From Spirochaetales bacterium (GTDB taxonomy: Bacteria > Spirochaetota > Spirochaetia > JABEVK01): a DNA stretch of 55,186 bases. Made by a program: the position numbers and the translations under genes. The stretch's first letter is position 1. Each line of letters starts with the position of its first letter. Location of the stretch: NCBI GenBank assembly GCA_037142615.1, contig JBAXAI010000025.1, positions 1 to 55,186 of the forward strand. The letters are read 5' to 3'. Positions 1 through 8,865 of the stretch are shown here, in pieces. Below the pieces are notes generated by a model. That model was not told the DNA's origin. It ran no database searches and worked only from the letters and a program-made list of their open reading frames with translations.

Positions 1-64
1 AGCGGACTCGATTCTCGCTAAGGTCGAGCGATTATGCCTTCGTATTTCAGGGACATCACACTAG
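1..64 (+). mobile_element. 3' end of IS630-family transposase and right terminus of the IS
   Basis: Frame 2 reads ADSILAKVERLCLRISGTSH* (TAG 62-64), resembling IS630 transposase C-termini; ends in ...ACACTAG, and IS630 elements insert at TA/CTAG; window starts inside it. Confidence 0.7.
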
Positions 65-348
65 GAGAGGTCTTCCACCTCGGCCACGGAAAGGCCTGTG
101 ATCTCAGCAATTTCACTCGGGGCCACACCGCGGGACTTCAGCCGTTGGGCGATCTTACGCTGCACTTTGAGGCCACCGGCCGCTTCACCAAGAAGGACGC
201 CCCGCGCTTCGCCCAAAACTTGGCCTTGAGCTACGCCCTGAGCCACGCCCTGAGCGAGACCCTCGCGCACGGCTTCGGCCCGCGCACTGATCCAGTCGCT
301 GCGCTCCATCACATCGCGGATCTCTTGGTAGACTTCTGGGGTAAACAT
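61..348 (-). CDS. Putative intragenic small Rpn C-terminal protein (RpnS-like antitoxin, 95 aa)
   Basis: In-frame ATG at 348 preceded by GGAGG and 8 nt (atGGAGGcgtacctcATG) inside the Rpn CDS. Confidence 0.55.
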   Translation of the reverse strand: MFTPEVYQEIRDVMERSDWISARAEAVREGLAQGVAQGVAQGQVLGEARGVLLGEAAGGLKVQRKIAQRLKSRGVAPSEIAEITGLSVAEVEDLS

Positions 349-954
349 GAGGTACGCCTCCATTCGCTTCTGCGCTGCCCCGAGGATCGACACCAAATCC
401 ATTGGCCCTCTTGGCGTGTTCACTTCGGGTCTTTCAAGAAAGGTGCCCCAAATGGCAGCTTTTTTCAACCGTGGACGCCGCCCAGGCGAACGGAGCAATT
501 TCGGAAGTTCCACAAAGATAAACCCTAAATGCGCCGTGTGAGGCAAGCGAAAATGATGTAGCCACGGACCTCTGTTGGTGATCTCGTACTCGAGGAAGTT
601 GAGCGAGATCACCGGGTTGAGCTTGGAGTAGTCGCCGCCTGCGGGGAGTTGGCGGGCAAAGAGCCTCGCCCAGTAGAAAAGTGCCCGCTCAGAATATGCG
701 GGCTTTCGGGTCGTCTGTACCTCCACGTTGACAGTCCGTCCGGTTTCGTCTTCGGCCAAAATGTCGACAACGGCGAATTTTTCGCCCTGATGTTGCGGAG
801 GAAGGTCACGGGATTGCAACTCCAACTTGTGAACCAGCGGCAGTCCAACGGCTTCGAAATGGGCGTTGATCAGGCTTTCCAAGAGCGGTAGACCTTCCGG
901 CTCACCGAAAACGTGAAGGAAGACGCTGTTATGGGTCATGGGGGAATACGGCAT
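61..954 (-). CDS. Rpn family recombination-promoting nuclease / putative transposase (PD-(D/E)XK)
   Basis: VDILAEDETGRTVNVEVQ and RALFYWARLF motifs; C-terminal xxxG repeats and EIAEITGLS helix-turn-helix-like tail; ATG 954 preceded by GAGGTG. Confidence 0.9.
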   Translation of the reverse strand: MPYSPMTHNSVFLHVFGEPEGLPLLESLINAHFEAVGLPLVHKLELQSRDLPPQHQGEKFAVVDILAEDETGRTVNVEVQTTRKPAYSERALFYWARLFARQLPAGGDYSKLNPVISLNFLEYEITNRGPWLHHFRLPHTAHLGFIFVELPKLLRSPGRRPRLKKAAIWGTFLERPEVNTPRGPMDLVSILGAAQKRMEAYLMFTPEVYQEIRDVMERSDWISARAEAVREGLAQGVAQGVAQGQVLGEARGVLLGEAAGGLKVQRKIAQRLKSRGVAPSEIAEITGLSVAEVEDLS

Positions 955-983
955 GGGCACCTCTGCCGAGTAAGACGGCGGAA

Positions 984-3900
984 ATGGCGTTCCTGCTTGC
1001 GTTTTGGGCAAAACACCGCGACACTTTCGTGGAACAGTTGCCGGCCGACTTGTTTTCGGGTGGTCGTAGCGGCGGCTGGCGGGCCAGGTCGGCCAACCAA
1101 TCGGAGTCGGCCGTTGAGCAGGGCCTGATCCGCGAGGTGCTTGCGCAGGTTTTCCATTTCGAGATCGCCAACAACCAAACCTTCAAAATGAACCCCACTG
1201 TGGCTTCGGAACTGTCGAACAAAGCGGGCAACAACCGGCCCGACATGGTGCTGTTCGACCGCGCCGAGAAGCACCAAGGGGCCATGTCCAGGCTCGCCCA
1301 CGACACCGACGGCGGGCGGTTCTGCAAAGAAGCGACCTTTATTCTCGACGCCAAGAAGTTCCAAAAGCCCATCGGGGCCGATGCCACCATGGCCGACATC
1401 GATCAGGTGGAGCGATACCTGCGCGGCTACGACACACCGTGGGGCATTTTGAGCAACGGGCGCGACTGGCGGTTGATCCAACAGGGCGACCGTTTGAGCC
1501 ACCTCACCTTCCATTTGGTGGACTTGCTGGAAGACATTCTGGTGCACCGCGAAGGGGTTCCTTCAGAAGACGACGTGCAGGCCTTCCGGGTGTTTTACCA
1601 GGTGTTCGGGCCACAATCGCGGGCGGTGCTGCACGACCTGACCCACGCCACCGAGGCCGAAGAACGCCATGTGCGCCAGGTGTTGCAGGACAACGCCCAC
1701 AATGCGGTGGAACTGCTCGCCCTGGGCTTCTGGTCGAAAAAGGCCAACGCGGCCGTGGCCGGGAGCCTAGAACAAGCGGCACTCGACCAATTGCGTGAAT
1801 TCTCGCTCATCTTCTTGTACCGGCTCTTGTTCCTGTTCAAAGCCGAGGCGCAGGGGTTGTTGCCTGTGAGCGACGAAAACGGGGCCCCGACACCCTACGG
1901 CGACAACCTGAGCACCGCCATGATCTTTCAGGTAATCCAGGGTGGTTCCGAGTCGGGTCGTCCCCTGCGCATGGACGGGTTTCACCGCCTCAAGTCGCTG
2001 TTTGCCGCCGTGAATGCCGGGCACGACGACCTGCACATTCCGGCCTACAACGGTGGGCTGTTCGAGCCGCACAAGCACCAACAATTGGATGCGTTCGAGC
2101 TCGACGATGCCACGCTGTACGACGTGTTCGCCCAGCTGATCTTCTTGGACCAAGCCGCCAACAAACCCGTGCCGTACGCCGACCTCGACGTGCGCGACCT
2201 GGGCGACATCTACGAAGGCCTGCTCGAACAGCGCCTGGTGGCCAAGTACAAGGGCGGTGCGCCGTACCTCGAGCTGGTGAACCAAAAGGGCGAGCGCAAG
2301 GCCAGCGGGTCGTACTTCACCCCCGACCGGTTGGCGGAACATTTGGTGCGCCAGACGGTGGAGCCGCTGCTCCTGGCCCTGCCCGGGGAATCGAATGAGG
2401 CCCAAGTGAAGCGCATTCTGAGCCTCAAGGTGGTGGACCCCAGCATGGGCAGCGGGCACTTTCTGGTCAAAGTGATCGACGTAATGGCTCTTTGGCTCAC
2501 GTTGCACTGCGACCCGCTCGAGGCCGACGCCCCCGCCGACAGCGGTGCCAAGGAGCTGATGTACTGGAAGGCCCAGGTGGCCGAGCACTGCGTGTACGGC
2601 GTCGACTACAACCCGATGTCGGTGGAGCTGGCCAAGGTGGCGGTGTGGTTGCACACGGCACGCCGCGACAAACCGCTGACGTTTTTGGACCACCACCTCA
2701 AGGTGGGTAACAGCCTGGTCGGGGCCAATCTGAAGTCGCTCACCGACGCCGGGCTCGCCTACAAAACCGCCAAGTCCGGTGATGGGGGCAAGTGGGTGGC
2801 CCCTGCGTTCGAAACTCCCCCCGAGCTGGGTGGCAAATCCAAGACCCCCAAACAGCCCGGTCTCCCTTTCGAGCTGGATCACAACCTGCTGACGCAGGTT
2901 CTCGGGTCGATTCAGACCATTCTGGACCGGCCCGCCAACGAAGCCGCCGAGGTGAAGCAGAAGGAAAAGGACTACTTCGAGGCCGTGGGAACGCGGCTGG
3001 AAGCCTTCAAACTGCTGGCTGACCTGTGGTGCGCCCAGTGGTTCGTGGCCGAACCCACCGCCGCCAACGCCCACCAGTGGAACTCGCCCGGTGGCCTCTA
3101 CGACAAAGTGAAAGACGTATGCCATATCCCCGACGACGCCGGACGCACGGCGGCGCTGCGATCCCTCGACGGCGAGCCGTTGGTGGTGCGCCTGCGCTCG
3201 CTGGTGGAATCGGGGTTTGGCCCGCGTCGGTTTGCCTTTTTTCACTGGGAACTGGAGTTTCCCGAGGTGTTTTTTGCCATCGACGGGGCAACGCGGCCCA
3301 ACGCGGGGTTCGATGCCGTGGTGGGAAACCCGCCGTGGGACAAGCTCAAGCCCGCCACCAAAGACTTTTACAGCCCGTGGAGCCCTGAGGTGGCCAACAC
3401 CCAGGGCAAGAGTCTGGACCGGCTGGTGGAAGCGCTCGACAAGCAGTATCCGCTGCTGGTGCAGGGGTGGACCGACTACCAAACGGGCATCGAAAACCTC
3501 GTTTGGTACCTCTCGGCGTCGGGCGCCTACCGCTACCAAACCATGGAAGTGGACGGCAAGAAGACCGGCGGCGACCCCGACCTGTTCCGCTACTTTGTGG
3601 AACGTTCGGTGCACCTGACCGCGCCGGGCCGACGCGTGGGGTTGGTAGTGCCAGGCACGCTTTGGCAAGGGGCCGGAACCAGTGCTTTGCGCGTGCTGTT
3701 GCTCAAGACCAACCGCACCGAGCGGCTGGAAGTGTACGAAAACTACCGCAAGTGGGCTTTCGACATCGACACGCGGTTCAAGTTCACGACGTTTGTGGCC
3801 CAACGGCAGCCGGGGGCAGTCGGCGGCAGTGAGCCTATCACCTGCGCGTTTATGCTGCGCAGCGCCGCGTACTTGGATGGCCGCGAACCGCACCGCCGGG

Positions 3901-4193
3901 TCGAGCTGAGCTTGACGCAGATCGAGGCGCTGTCGCCGGGCAACCGCTCGCTGCTCGACTTCCGCTCGGGGGCCGAGGCCTTGCTGGCCGCACGCATTTA
4001 TGCGCAGCCCGGGGTAGCCCGCTTCAACGCGCCCGAAACCGGAATGATGGCCACCTACTCACGCGAGCTCGACATGACCAACGACGCCAAGCTCTTCAAG
4101 TCGCCGGAGTGGATGCGCCAGCGCGGGTTCAGCTTGGTGACGGCGGTGCGCAACGCCGATGGTTCGGCGGGGCAATGCATCGACTCGGGGTAA
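984..4193 (+). CDS. Type IIG (Eco57I-like) restriction-modification enzyme, nuclease + N6-adenine methyltransferase part (interrupted)
   Basis: RPDMVLF..ILDAKK nuclease motif, GILSNG.DWRL, GSYFTPD, DPSMGSGHF (motif I), FHWELEFPEVF, GNPPW (motif IV); start uncertain. Confidence 0.88.
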   Translation: MAFLLAFWAKHRDTFVEQLPADLFSGGRSGGWRARSANQSESAVEQGLIREVLAQVFHFEIANNQTFKMNPTVASELSNKAGNNRPDMVLFDRAEKHQGAMSRLAHDTDGGRFCKEATFILDAKKFQKPIGADATMADIDQVERYLRGYDTPWGILSNGRDWRLIQQGDRLSHLTFHLVDLLEDILVHREGVPSEDDVQAFRVFYQVFGPQSRAVLHDLTHATEAEERHVRQVLQDNAHNAVELLALGFWSKKANAAVAGSLEQAALDQLREFSLIFLYRLLFLFKAEAQGLLPVSDENGAPTPYGDNLSTAMIFQVIQGGSESGRPLRMDGFHRLKSLFAAVNAGHDDLHIPAYNGGLFEPHKHQQLDAFELDDATLYDVFAQLIFLDQAANKPVPYADLDVRDLGDIYEGLLEQRLVAKYKGGAPYLELVNQKGERKASGSYFTPDRLAEHLVRQTVEPLLLALPGESNEAQVKRILSLKVVDPSMGSGHFLVKVIDVMALWLTLHCDPLEADAPADSGAKELMYWKAQVAEHCVYGVDYNPMSVELAKVAVWLHTARRDKPLTFLDHHLKVGNSLVGANLKSLTDAGLAYKTAKSGDGGKWVAPAFETPPELGGKSKTPKQPGLPFELDHNLLTQVLGSIQTILDRPANEAAEVKQKEKDYFEAVGTRLEAFKLLADLWCAQWFVAEPTAANAHQWNSPGGLYDKVKDVCHIPDDAGRTAALRSLDGEPLVVRLRSLVESGFGPRRFAFFHWELEFPEVFFAIDGATRPNAGFDAVVGNPPWDKLKPATKDFYSPWSPEVANTQGKSLDRLVEALDKQYPLLVQGWTDYQTGIENLVWYLSASGAYRYQTMEVDGKKTGGDPDLFRYFVERSVHLTAPGRRVGLVVPGTLWQGAGTSALRVLLLKTNRTERLEVYENYRKWAFDIDTRFKFTTFVAQRQPGAVGGSEPITCAFMLRSAAYLDGREPHRRVELSLTQIEALSPGNRSLLDFRSGAEALLAARIYAQPGVARFNAPETGMMATYSRELDMTNDAKLFKSPEWMRQRGFSLVTAVRNADGSAGQCIDSG

Positions 4194-4244
4194 TACGCCG
4201 TGTCGGTCAAGTTGCCTGCGCTGCCACCGGGCGGCGACTTCTGA

Positions 4245-5360
4245 GTGGCGGCCGACGAGGCGTTTTACCAGGCACGGGGCTACCACAAGGTGGGCGAGTT
4301 CTATCTGCACCCCGACGACGAAGCGCGGGCCGACCAGTACCGCATTGTGCCCGGCGGCCTTTACCGCCCGCTGTACGAGGGGCGCATGGTGCACCTGTAC
4401 GACCACGCGCAAAAGGCCTACGTGGAAGGCGAGGGCCGCCGCGCCGTGTGGCGTACCCTGGCGCTGGGCGAAAAGCACCTGCACAGCCGCGTGTACGTGT
4501 GCGCCACCGAGGCCGGCCAAACGCCCAGCGACTGGCGCATCGGGTTTTGCGACGTGACTGGAGCCACCAACGAGCGCACGACCCTGGCCGCGCTGATCCC
4601 GCCGGGTCAATTATGCGGCAACAAGGTGCCGACACTTACAGTCGGCAACCTAGACGAGGCTGTGTTGCTGACGGCGATCATGAACTCGGTGGTCTTTGAC
4701 TGGTTCATCCGGTTCCGGATTTCAACGACTCTGAACGCCCACTACCTCTATAAGACCCCCATTCCCACCCTCGCCACGCTTGCGCCCGTGTTGCCGCAGA
4801 TGCGCGAGGCCGTGCTGCGCCTGTCGCTCACCACGCCCGAGTTCGCCGCGTGGGTGCCCGGCTGGAGTTACACCTGGGCCGAAACCGACCCGTGGAAACG
4901 CGCCGAACTGCGGGCCACGCTCGACGTGCTGGTGGCCAGCGCGTACGGCCTGACCACCACCGACTTTGCCCGCGTGCTCACCACTTTCCCGCTGCTCGAC
5001 CGCGACCAGCCGGCCCTCGAGGGCGATTGTTTTGTCACCGAGGGCACCGCCGACGACACCGGCGCTGTGGAAGTTCCGTGGGGCTGGGTACAAACCAAAC
5101 CCCGAAGTTTCGTCACTCGCGACCTTGCACTGCTGACCTGGCTGCGGCACAAAGGCGAGGCCGTGCCACCCGACCTGCAGGGGTGGTACCGTGACAAAGT
5201 GGGGCTCGACCCCGAAGGCCCCGAGTCGCGGTTCCGCATCGGCACGTTCAAAGACTTGGTGACACGTGTTGAGATGGCGCGTCAGCGAGGGGCCGTGGCG
5301 TATGTGCCCACGGGGGCGGCGGAGGAAGAAGGGGAAGACCAGGAGGGCGAGGAAGCCTGA
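4245..5360 (+). CDS. C-terminal target-recognition part of the same type IIG R-M enzyme
   Basis: Same frame as 984-4193; PLYEGRMVHLYDH, FCDVTGATNERT, NSVVFDW and RAELRATLDVLVA..YGL are typical type IIG C-terminal motifs; no clear RBS at GTG 4245. Confidence 0.8.
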   Translation: MAADEAFYQARGYHKVGEFYLHPDDEARADQYRIVPGGLYRPLYEGRMVHLYDHAQKAYVEGEGRRAVWRTLALGEKHLHSRVYVCATEAGQTPSDWRIGFCDVTGATNERTTLAALIPPGQLCGNKVPTLTVGNLDEAVLLTAIMNSVVFDWFIRFRISTTLNAHYLYKTPIPTLATLAPVLPQMREAVLRLSLTTPEFAAWVPGWSYTWAETDPWKRAELRATLDVLVASAYGLTTTDFARVLTTFPLLDRDQPALEGDCFVTEGTADDTGAVEVPWGWVQTKPRSFVTRDLALLTWLRHKGEAVPPDLQGWYRDKVGLDPEGPESRFRIGTFKDLVTRVEMARQRGAVAYVPTGAAEEEGEDQEGEEA

Positions 5361-5381
5361 GTCTCCTGAACTTCGAGGTTC

Positions 5382-6818
5382 CTACAACTCCCGGTAAGCC
5401 TTCACCAGTTCGGCCAGGGCGGGCTTGGCGTCCTTGAAAATCATGAGCGTCTGGTCGAGGATGAACAGTGGGTTCGGAATGCCCGAGAAACCCGGGCTGA
5501 GAGAGCGCTTGATCACCAGGATGGTTTTCGCCTTGTCGACGTCGAGGATGGGCATGCCGTAGATCGGGGTGTCTTTGGCGGTACGGGCCAGCGGGTTCAC
5601 CACGTCGTTGGCTCCCAGGATAATGGCCACATCGCAGTCGCTGAGCATCGTGTTCGAATCATCGAGCTCTTTGAGCTTGTCGTACGGGATATCGACCTCG
5701 GCGAGCAGCACGTTCATGTGCCCGGGCATACGGCCCGCTACCGGATGCACCGCAAACCACACATCTTTGCCTGCGGCGGTGAGTTCTTGGTACAGGTCGC
5801 GGCAGTTGCTTTGAGCCTGAGCCACGGCCAAGCCGTAGCCGGGAACGATGCACACCGTTTGCGCCGCTTCGAGGATCGAGGCAAACTCCTCGGGGTTCGT
5901 CGACTTGATTTTGCCGGCGTAGATGTCATCGGCACCGGTCACCGCCATGGTAGGCGGTGTGATGTTGCCCAGAATAATGCCCCAGAAGTTGCGGTTGATG
6001 GCCTTGGCCATGGTGGCCGTCAGGATGAGCCCCGACGCTCCGACCAACGCTCCCACCATGATGAGGCCGTAGTTGAGGTTGGTGAAGCCCAGCGCGCCGG
6101 CCGAGAGCCCCGCGTAACTGATAAACAGCGCGATGACGATGGGCATGTCGGCCCCGCCAACCGCCATGGTCAGGGTGAGCCCCAACAACGAGGCCAGCAC
6201 CAGAATGACGACGAGGTAGACCAAGTTGGTCGGGTCGGTCGCATTCGCCGAATTGAGCGTCAGCAGCACGGTCAGCGCCACGATACCGGCCAACAACAGG
6301 CTGTTGATCACGTTCTTGAGCGGGAGTGTGTAGGCCTTTTCGCTGATGAGGCCTTGGAGCTTGGCAAAGGCAATCATGGAACCCCAGAAGGTGAGGGTGC
6401 CGATGAAGGTATCGACGCCGACAGCGGCGAAGAACAACTGCGGCGACATTCCCGGGGCCAAGGCCGCTCCGCCGACCACCGCGTTGAGTTCCGCAATGCC
6501 GACCAAGGCCGAAACCGCGCCGCCGAAGCCGTTGAGGATGGCCACCATTTGCGGGATGGCCCGCAGGTCGATGGCGTAGGCCAAAACCGCGCCAATGACG
6601 CTACCCACGGCAAACACAATCAGGATGGTGGTGTAGTCGACAACTCCGCGCGACAGCAGGGCGGTGGCGATGGCCACCAGCATGCCGATGCCCGACAGCA
6701 GGTTGCCCCTCCGGGCCGTCTTGGGGCTGGTGAGCATTTTCAGTCCGAAGACGAAGCAGATCACCGTTACCAGATAGAACAGCACTTCGTAGTGTTGAAT
6801 GAACTCGCGGAACTCCAT
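5382..6818 (-). CDS. pntB: NAD(P) transhydrogenase subunit beta
   Basis: GGADMP, VPGYGLAVAQAQ, HPVAGRMPGHMNVLLAE, GANDVVNP motifs; multiple TM helices. Confidence 0.97.
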   Translation of the reverse strand: MEFREFIQHYEVLFYLVTVICFVFGLKMLTSPKTARRGNLLSGIGMLVAIATALLSRGVVDYTTILIVFAVGSVIGAVLAYAIDLRAIPQMVAILNGFGGAVSALVGIAELNAVVGGAALAPGMSPQLFFAAVGVDTFIGTLTFWGSMIAFAKLQGLISEKAYTLPLKNVINSLLLAGIVALTVLLTLNSANATDPTNLVYLVVILVLASLLGLTLTMAVGGADMPIVIALFISYAGLSAGALGFTNLNYGLIMVGALVGASGLILTATMAKAINRNFWGIILGNITPPTMAVTGADDIYAGKIKSTNPEEFASILEAAQTVCIVPGYGLAVAQAQSNCRDLYQELTAAGKDVWFAVHPVAGRMPGHMNVLLAEVDIPYDKLKELDDSNTMLSDCDVAIILGANDVVNPLARTAKDTPIYGMPILDVDKAKTILVIKRSLSPGFSGIPNPLFILDQTLMIFKDAKPALAELVKAYREL

Positions 6819-6820
6819 GG

Positions 6821-7123
6821 TTAGGCCTTCCTCACTGGTTTGGTGTTCTTGAACTTGGCCAACATCCGGTCGGCCACGAGGTATCCGCCGACGACGTTGA
6901 TCACCCCGAGCAGCAGCGCAATGACCGCCAGAATCTTCGACAGCGACGACGCTTCGCTGCCTTCACCGGCCACCAGGATGGCGCTCACCACCATGATGGC
7001 CGCCATGGCATGGCTGGCGACAACCAGCGGCGTGTGCAACGTGGGGGGTACTTTTCCGATGACATCGAAACCGATGATGACAGCAAACACAAACAGGACA
7101 ACAGCAATGAGAACCGGATCCAT
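6821..7123 (-). CDS. pntAB: NAD(P) transhydrogenase subunit alpha part 2 (membrane)
   Basis: KVPPTLHTPL and INVVGGYLVADRML motifs; lies between pntA and pntB. Confidence 0.93.
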   Translation of the reverse strand: MDPVLIAVVLFVFAVIIGFDVIGKVPPTLHTPLVVASHAMAAIMVVSAILVAGEGSEASSLSKILAVIALLLGVINVVGGYLVADRMLAKFKNTKPVRKA

Positions 7124-7132
7124 AATGCCCCC

Positions 7133-8266
7133 TTAGGTCCAACCCAGCGCAGCAGCGATCTTTTCATTCCCCGGGCCACCTTTCCAGGTGACCAAGGTAG
7201 CGGCAACGATGTCGTCGGCCACATTGATTTCCAGCTGCTTTTCTTTGTTCAGAAGGTGCAGCAGGAAAGTAGAAACATTTTTCGAATACAGTTGGCTCGC
7301 GTGGGTGGCGGCTCGCGATGGCACGTTCAACGGCCCCGCGATGGTGACGCCGTGACGCTCCACCGTTTCGCCGGGAACCGTCAACTCGCAGTTGCCACCT
7401 CGTTCGCTGGCCAAGTCGACGATGACGGCGCCGGGGTGCAGAGACTTCACCATCGCCTCGGTGATCAGCTTGGGGCTGGGTCTGCCGGGAATGGCGGCCG
7501 TGGTGACGATCACGTCGATGCCCTGCTTGCCCAGGTACTCGGCCATCAGCTCTTTTTGGCGGGCCTGTTGTTCGGGCGTCAGTTCCTTGGCGTAGCCGCC
7601 GGCCGCCGAAGCATCACCGACATCAAAGATGATGAACTTGGCCCCCAGCGATTCCACCTGTTCCTTGGCGGCCAGGCGCACGTCGAAAGCGCTCACGAGC
7701 GCCCCCAGGCGTTTGGCCGTCGCGATGGCCTGCAATCCGGCCACGCCGGCTCCCAGAACAAACACCTTGGTGGGGGTGATCGTGCCGCCGGCGGTCATCA
7801 TCATGGGGAAGATTTTGGGCAGTAGATCGGCGGCCAACAAAACACCCTTGTAGCCGGCGAGGTTGGCCTGACTCGAAAGCACGTCCATGGCCTGGGCTCG
7901 CGTGGTGCGCGGAATCAGCTCCATGGCGAACGCCGTCACCTTGGCAGCTTTCCAGCTATCGAACGAAGGGTTGGGCTGCCACGGATCCATCAGGCCAATG
8001 ACGAGCTGGCCCTCTTTTTGGGCCGCGACATCGGTGGCCCGAACCGACAGCACAATGTCGGCACGGCTCAGTAGGTCTGGCCGCGAGGCCGACAGGGCTC
8101 CCTTGGACTCGTAGTCGGCGTCCGGGTAGCCCGCCGCCATCCCCGCCCCGGGCTCGAAAAGGACCGAAAAGCCGGCCGCGGTAAGGTTAGGGACATGCGC
8201 GGGAATCAGGGCAACCCGCCGTTCTCCGGGCGCAGTTTCCTTGGGAACTCCGATGGACAAGGACAT
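7133..8266 (-). CDS. pntA: NAD(P) transhydrogenase subunit alpha part 1 (NAD-binding)
   Basis: GVPKE..GERRVA, RAQAMDVLSSQANLAGY, GAGVAGLQAIATAKRLGA, GYAKE; ATG 8266 with GAGAGG upstream. Confidence 0.96.
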   Translation of the reverse strand: MSLSIGVPKETAPGERRVALIPAHVPNLTAAGFSVLFEPGAGMAAGYPDADYESKGALSASRPDLLSRADIVLSVRATDVAAQKEGQLVIGLMDPWQPNPSFDSWKAAKVTAFAMELIPRTTRAQAMDVLSSQANLAGYKGVLLAADLLPKIFPMMMTAGGTITPTKVFVLGAGVAGLQAIATAKRLGALVSAFDVRLAAKEQVESLGAKFIIFDVGDASAAGGYAKELTPEQQARQKELMAEYLGKQGIDVIVTTAAIPGRPSPKLITEAMVKSLHPGAVIVDLASERGGNCELTVPGETVERHGVTIAGPLNVPSRAATHASQLYSKNVSTFLLHLLNKEKQLEINVADDIVAATLVTWKGGPGNEKIAAALGWT

Positions 8267-8287
8267 CTTCAGCCACCTCTCTCGCTG

Positions 8288-8317
8288 AGTATAGACGGGG
8301 TTTCCCAAAGTCTGCAA
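8288..8317 (-). promoter_or_regulatory. Putative sigma70 promoter of pnt operon
   Basis: Minus strand TTGCAG-N18-TATACT upstream of the pntA RBS. Confidence 0.45.
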
Positions 8318-8361
8318 GGAATGTTGACAGAAATAGTCATCAGGTTGACACTGATCGAATC

Positions 8362-8853
8362 ATGCAGATCCTATTTGTCCCCATGGCCGACGCCGACATC
8401 GAACTCATGTTGCCCCTTTTCAACTCTTACGTGAGGGACACGACCGCGACCTTGTACGAAGAAGACGTCGATGTCGAGACGATGCGCAAACTTCTGTTCC
8501 CCACCCCCGAGAAGTTCGGCAGCTGGAAAATCGTGATCGATGGCAAACCGGTGGGCTACGCCTCGCTTGCGCCGTACCGTCCCCGCGAAGCCTATGGCAA
8601 CACCGCCGAAGTGACCGTGTACCTCGATCCCTCGTGGCCGGGCAAAGGTGTGGGCACCCAAGCGCTGGCCTTTGTGGAGTACCGGGCGCGCGAAAGGGCT
8701 TTTCACTCTTTGGTGGCTTCGATCTGCGCCGAAAACGCGGCGAGCCTGCATACCTTTCAAAAGCAGGGGTACCACGAAGTGGCCCGTTTTGCCGAGGCCG
8801 CGCACAAGTTTGGCCGCTACCTCGACGTGGTCTGGATGCAGAAACACCTGTAG
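8362..8853 (+). CDS. GNAT N-acetyltransferase (phosphinothricin/methionine-sulfoximine acetyltransferase-like)
   Basis: GYASLAPYRPREAYGNTAEVTVY, GKGVGT, NAASL, KFGRYLDVVWMQK. Confidence 0.88.
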   Translation: MQILFVPMADADIELMLPLFNSYVRDTTATLYEEDVDVETMRKLLFPTPEKFGSWKIVIDGKPVGYASLAPYRPREAYGNTAEVTVYLDPSWPGKGVGTQALAFVEYRARERAFHSLVASICAENAASLHTFQKQGYHEVARFAEAAHKFGRYLDVVWMQKHL

Positions 8854-8865
8854 GCGACTGGAACT

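Noticed and set aside
4191-4244. Stop-codon reassignment explaining the R-M interruptions
   Set aside because: Two different stops are involved, and TGA and TAA terminate many normal genes in this window
984-5360. BREX PglX or DISARM methylase
   Set aside because: No brx/pgl/drm partners nearby, and the N-terminal nuclease motif fits a stand-alone type IIG enzyme
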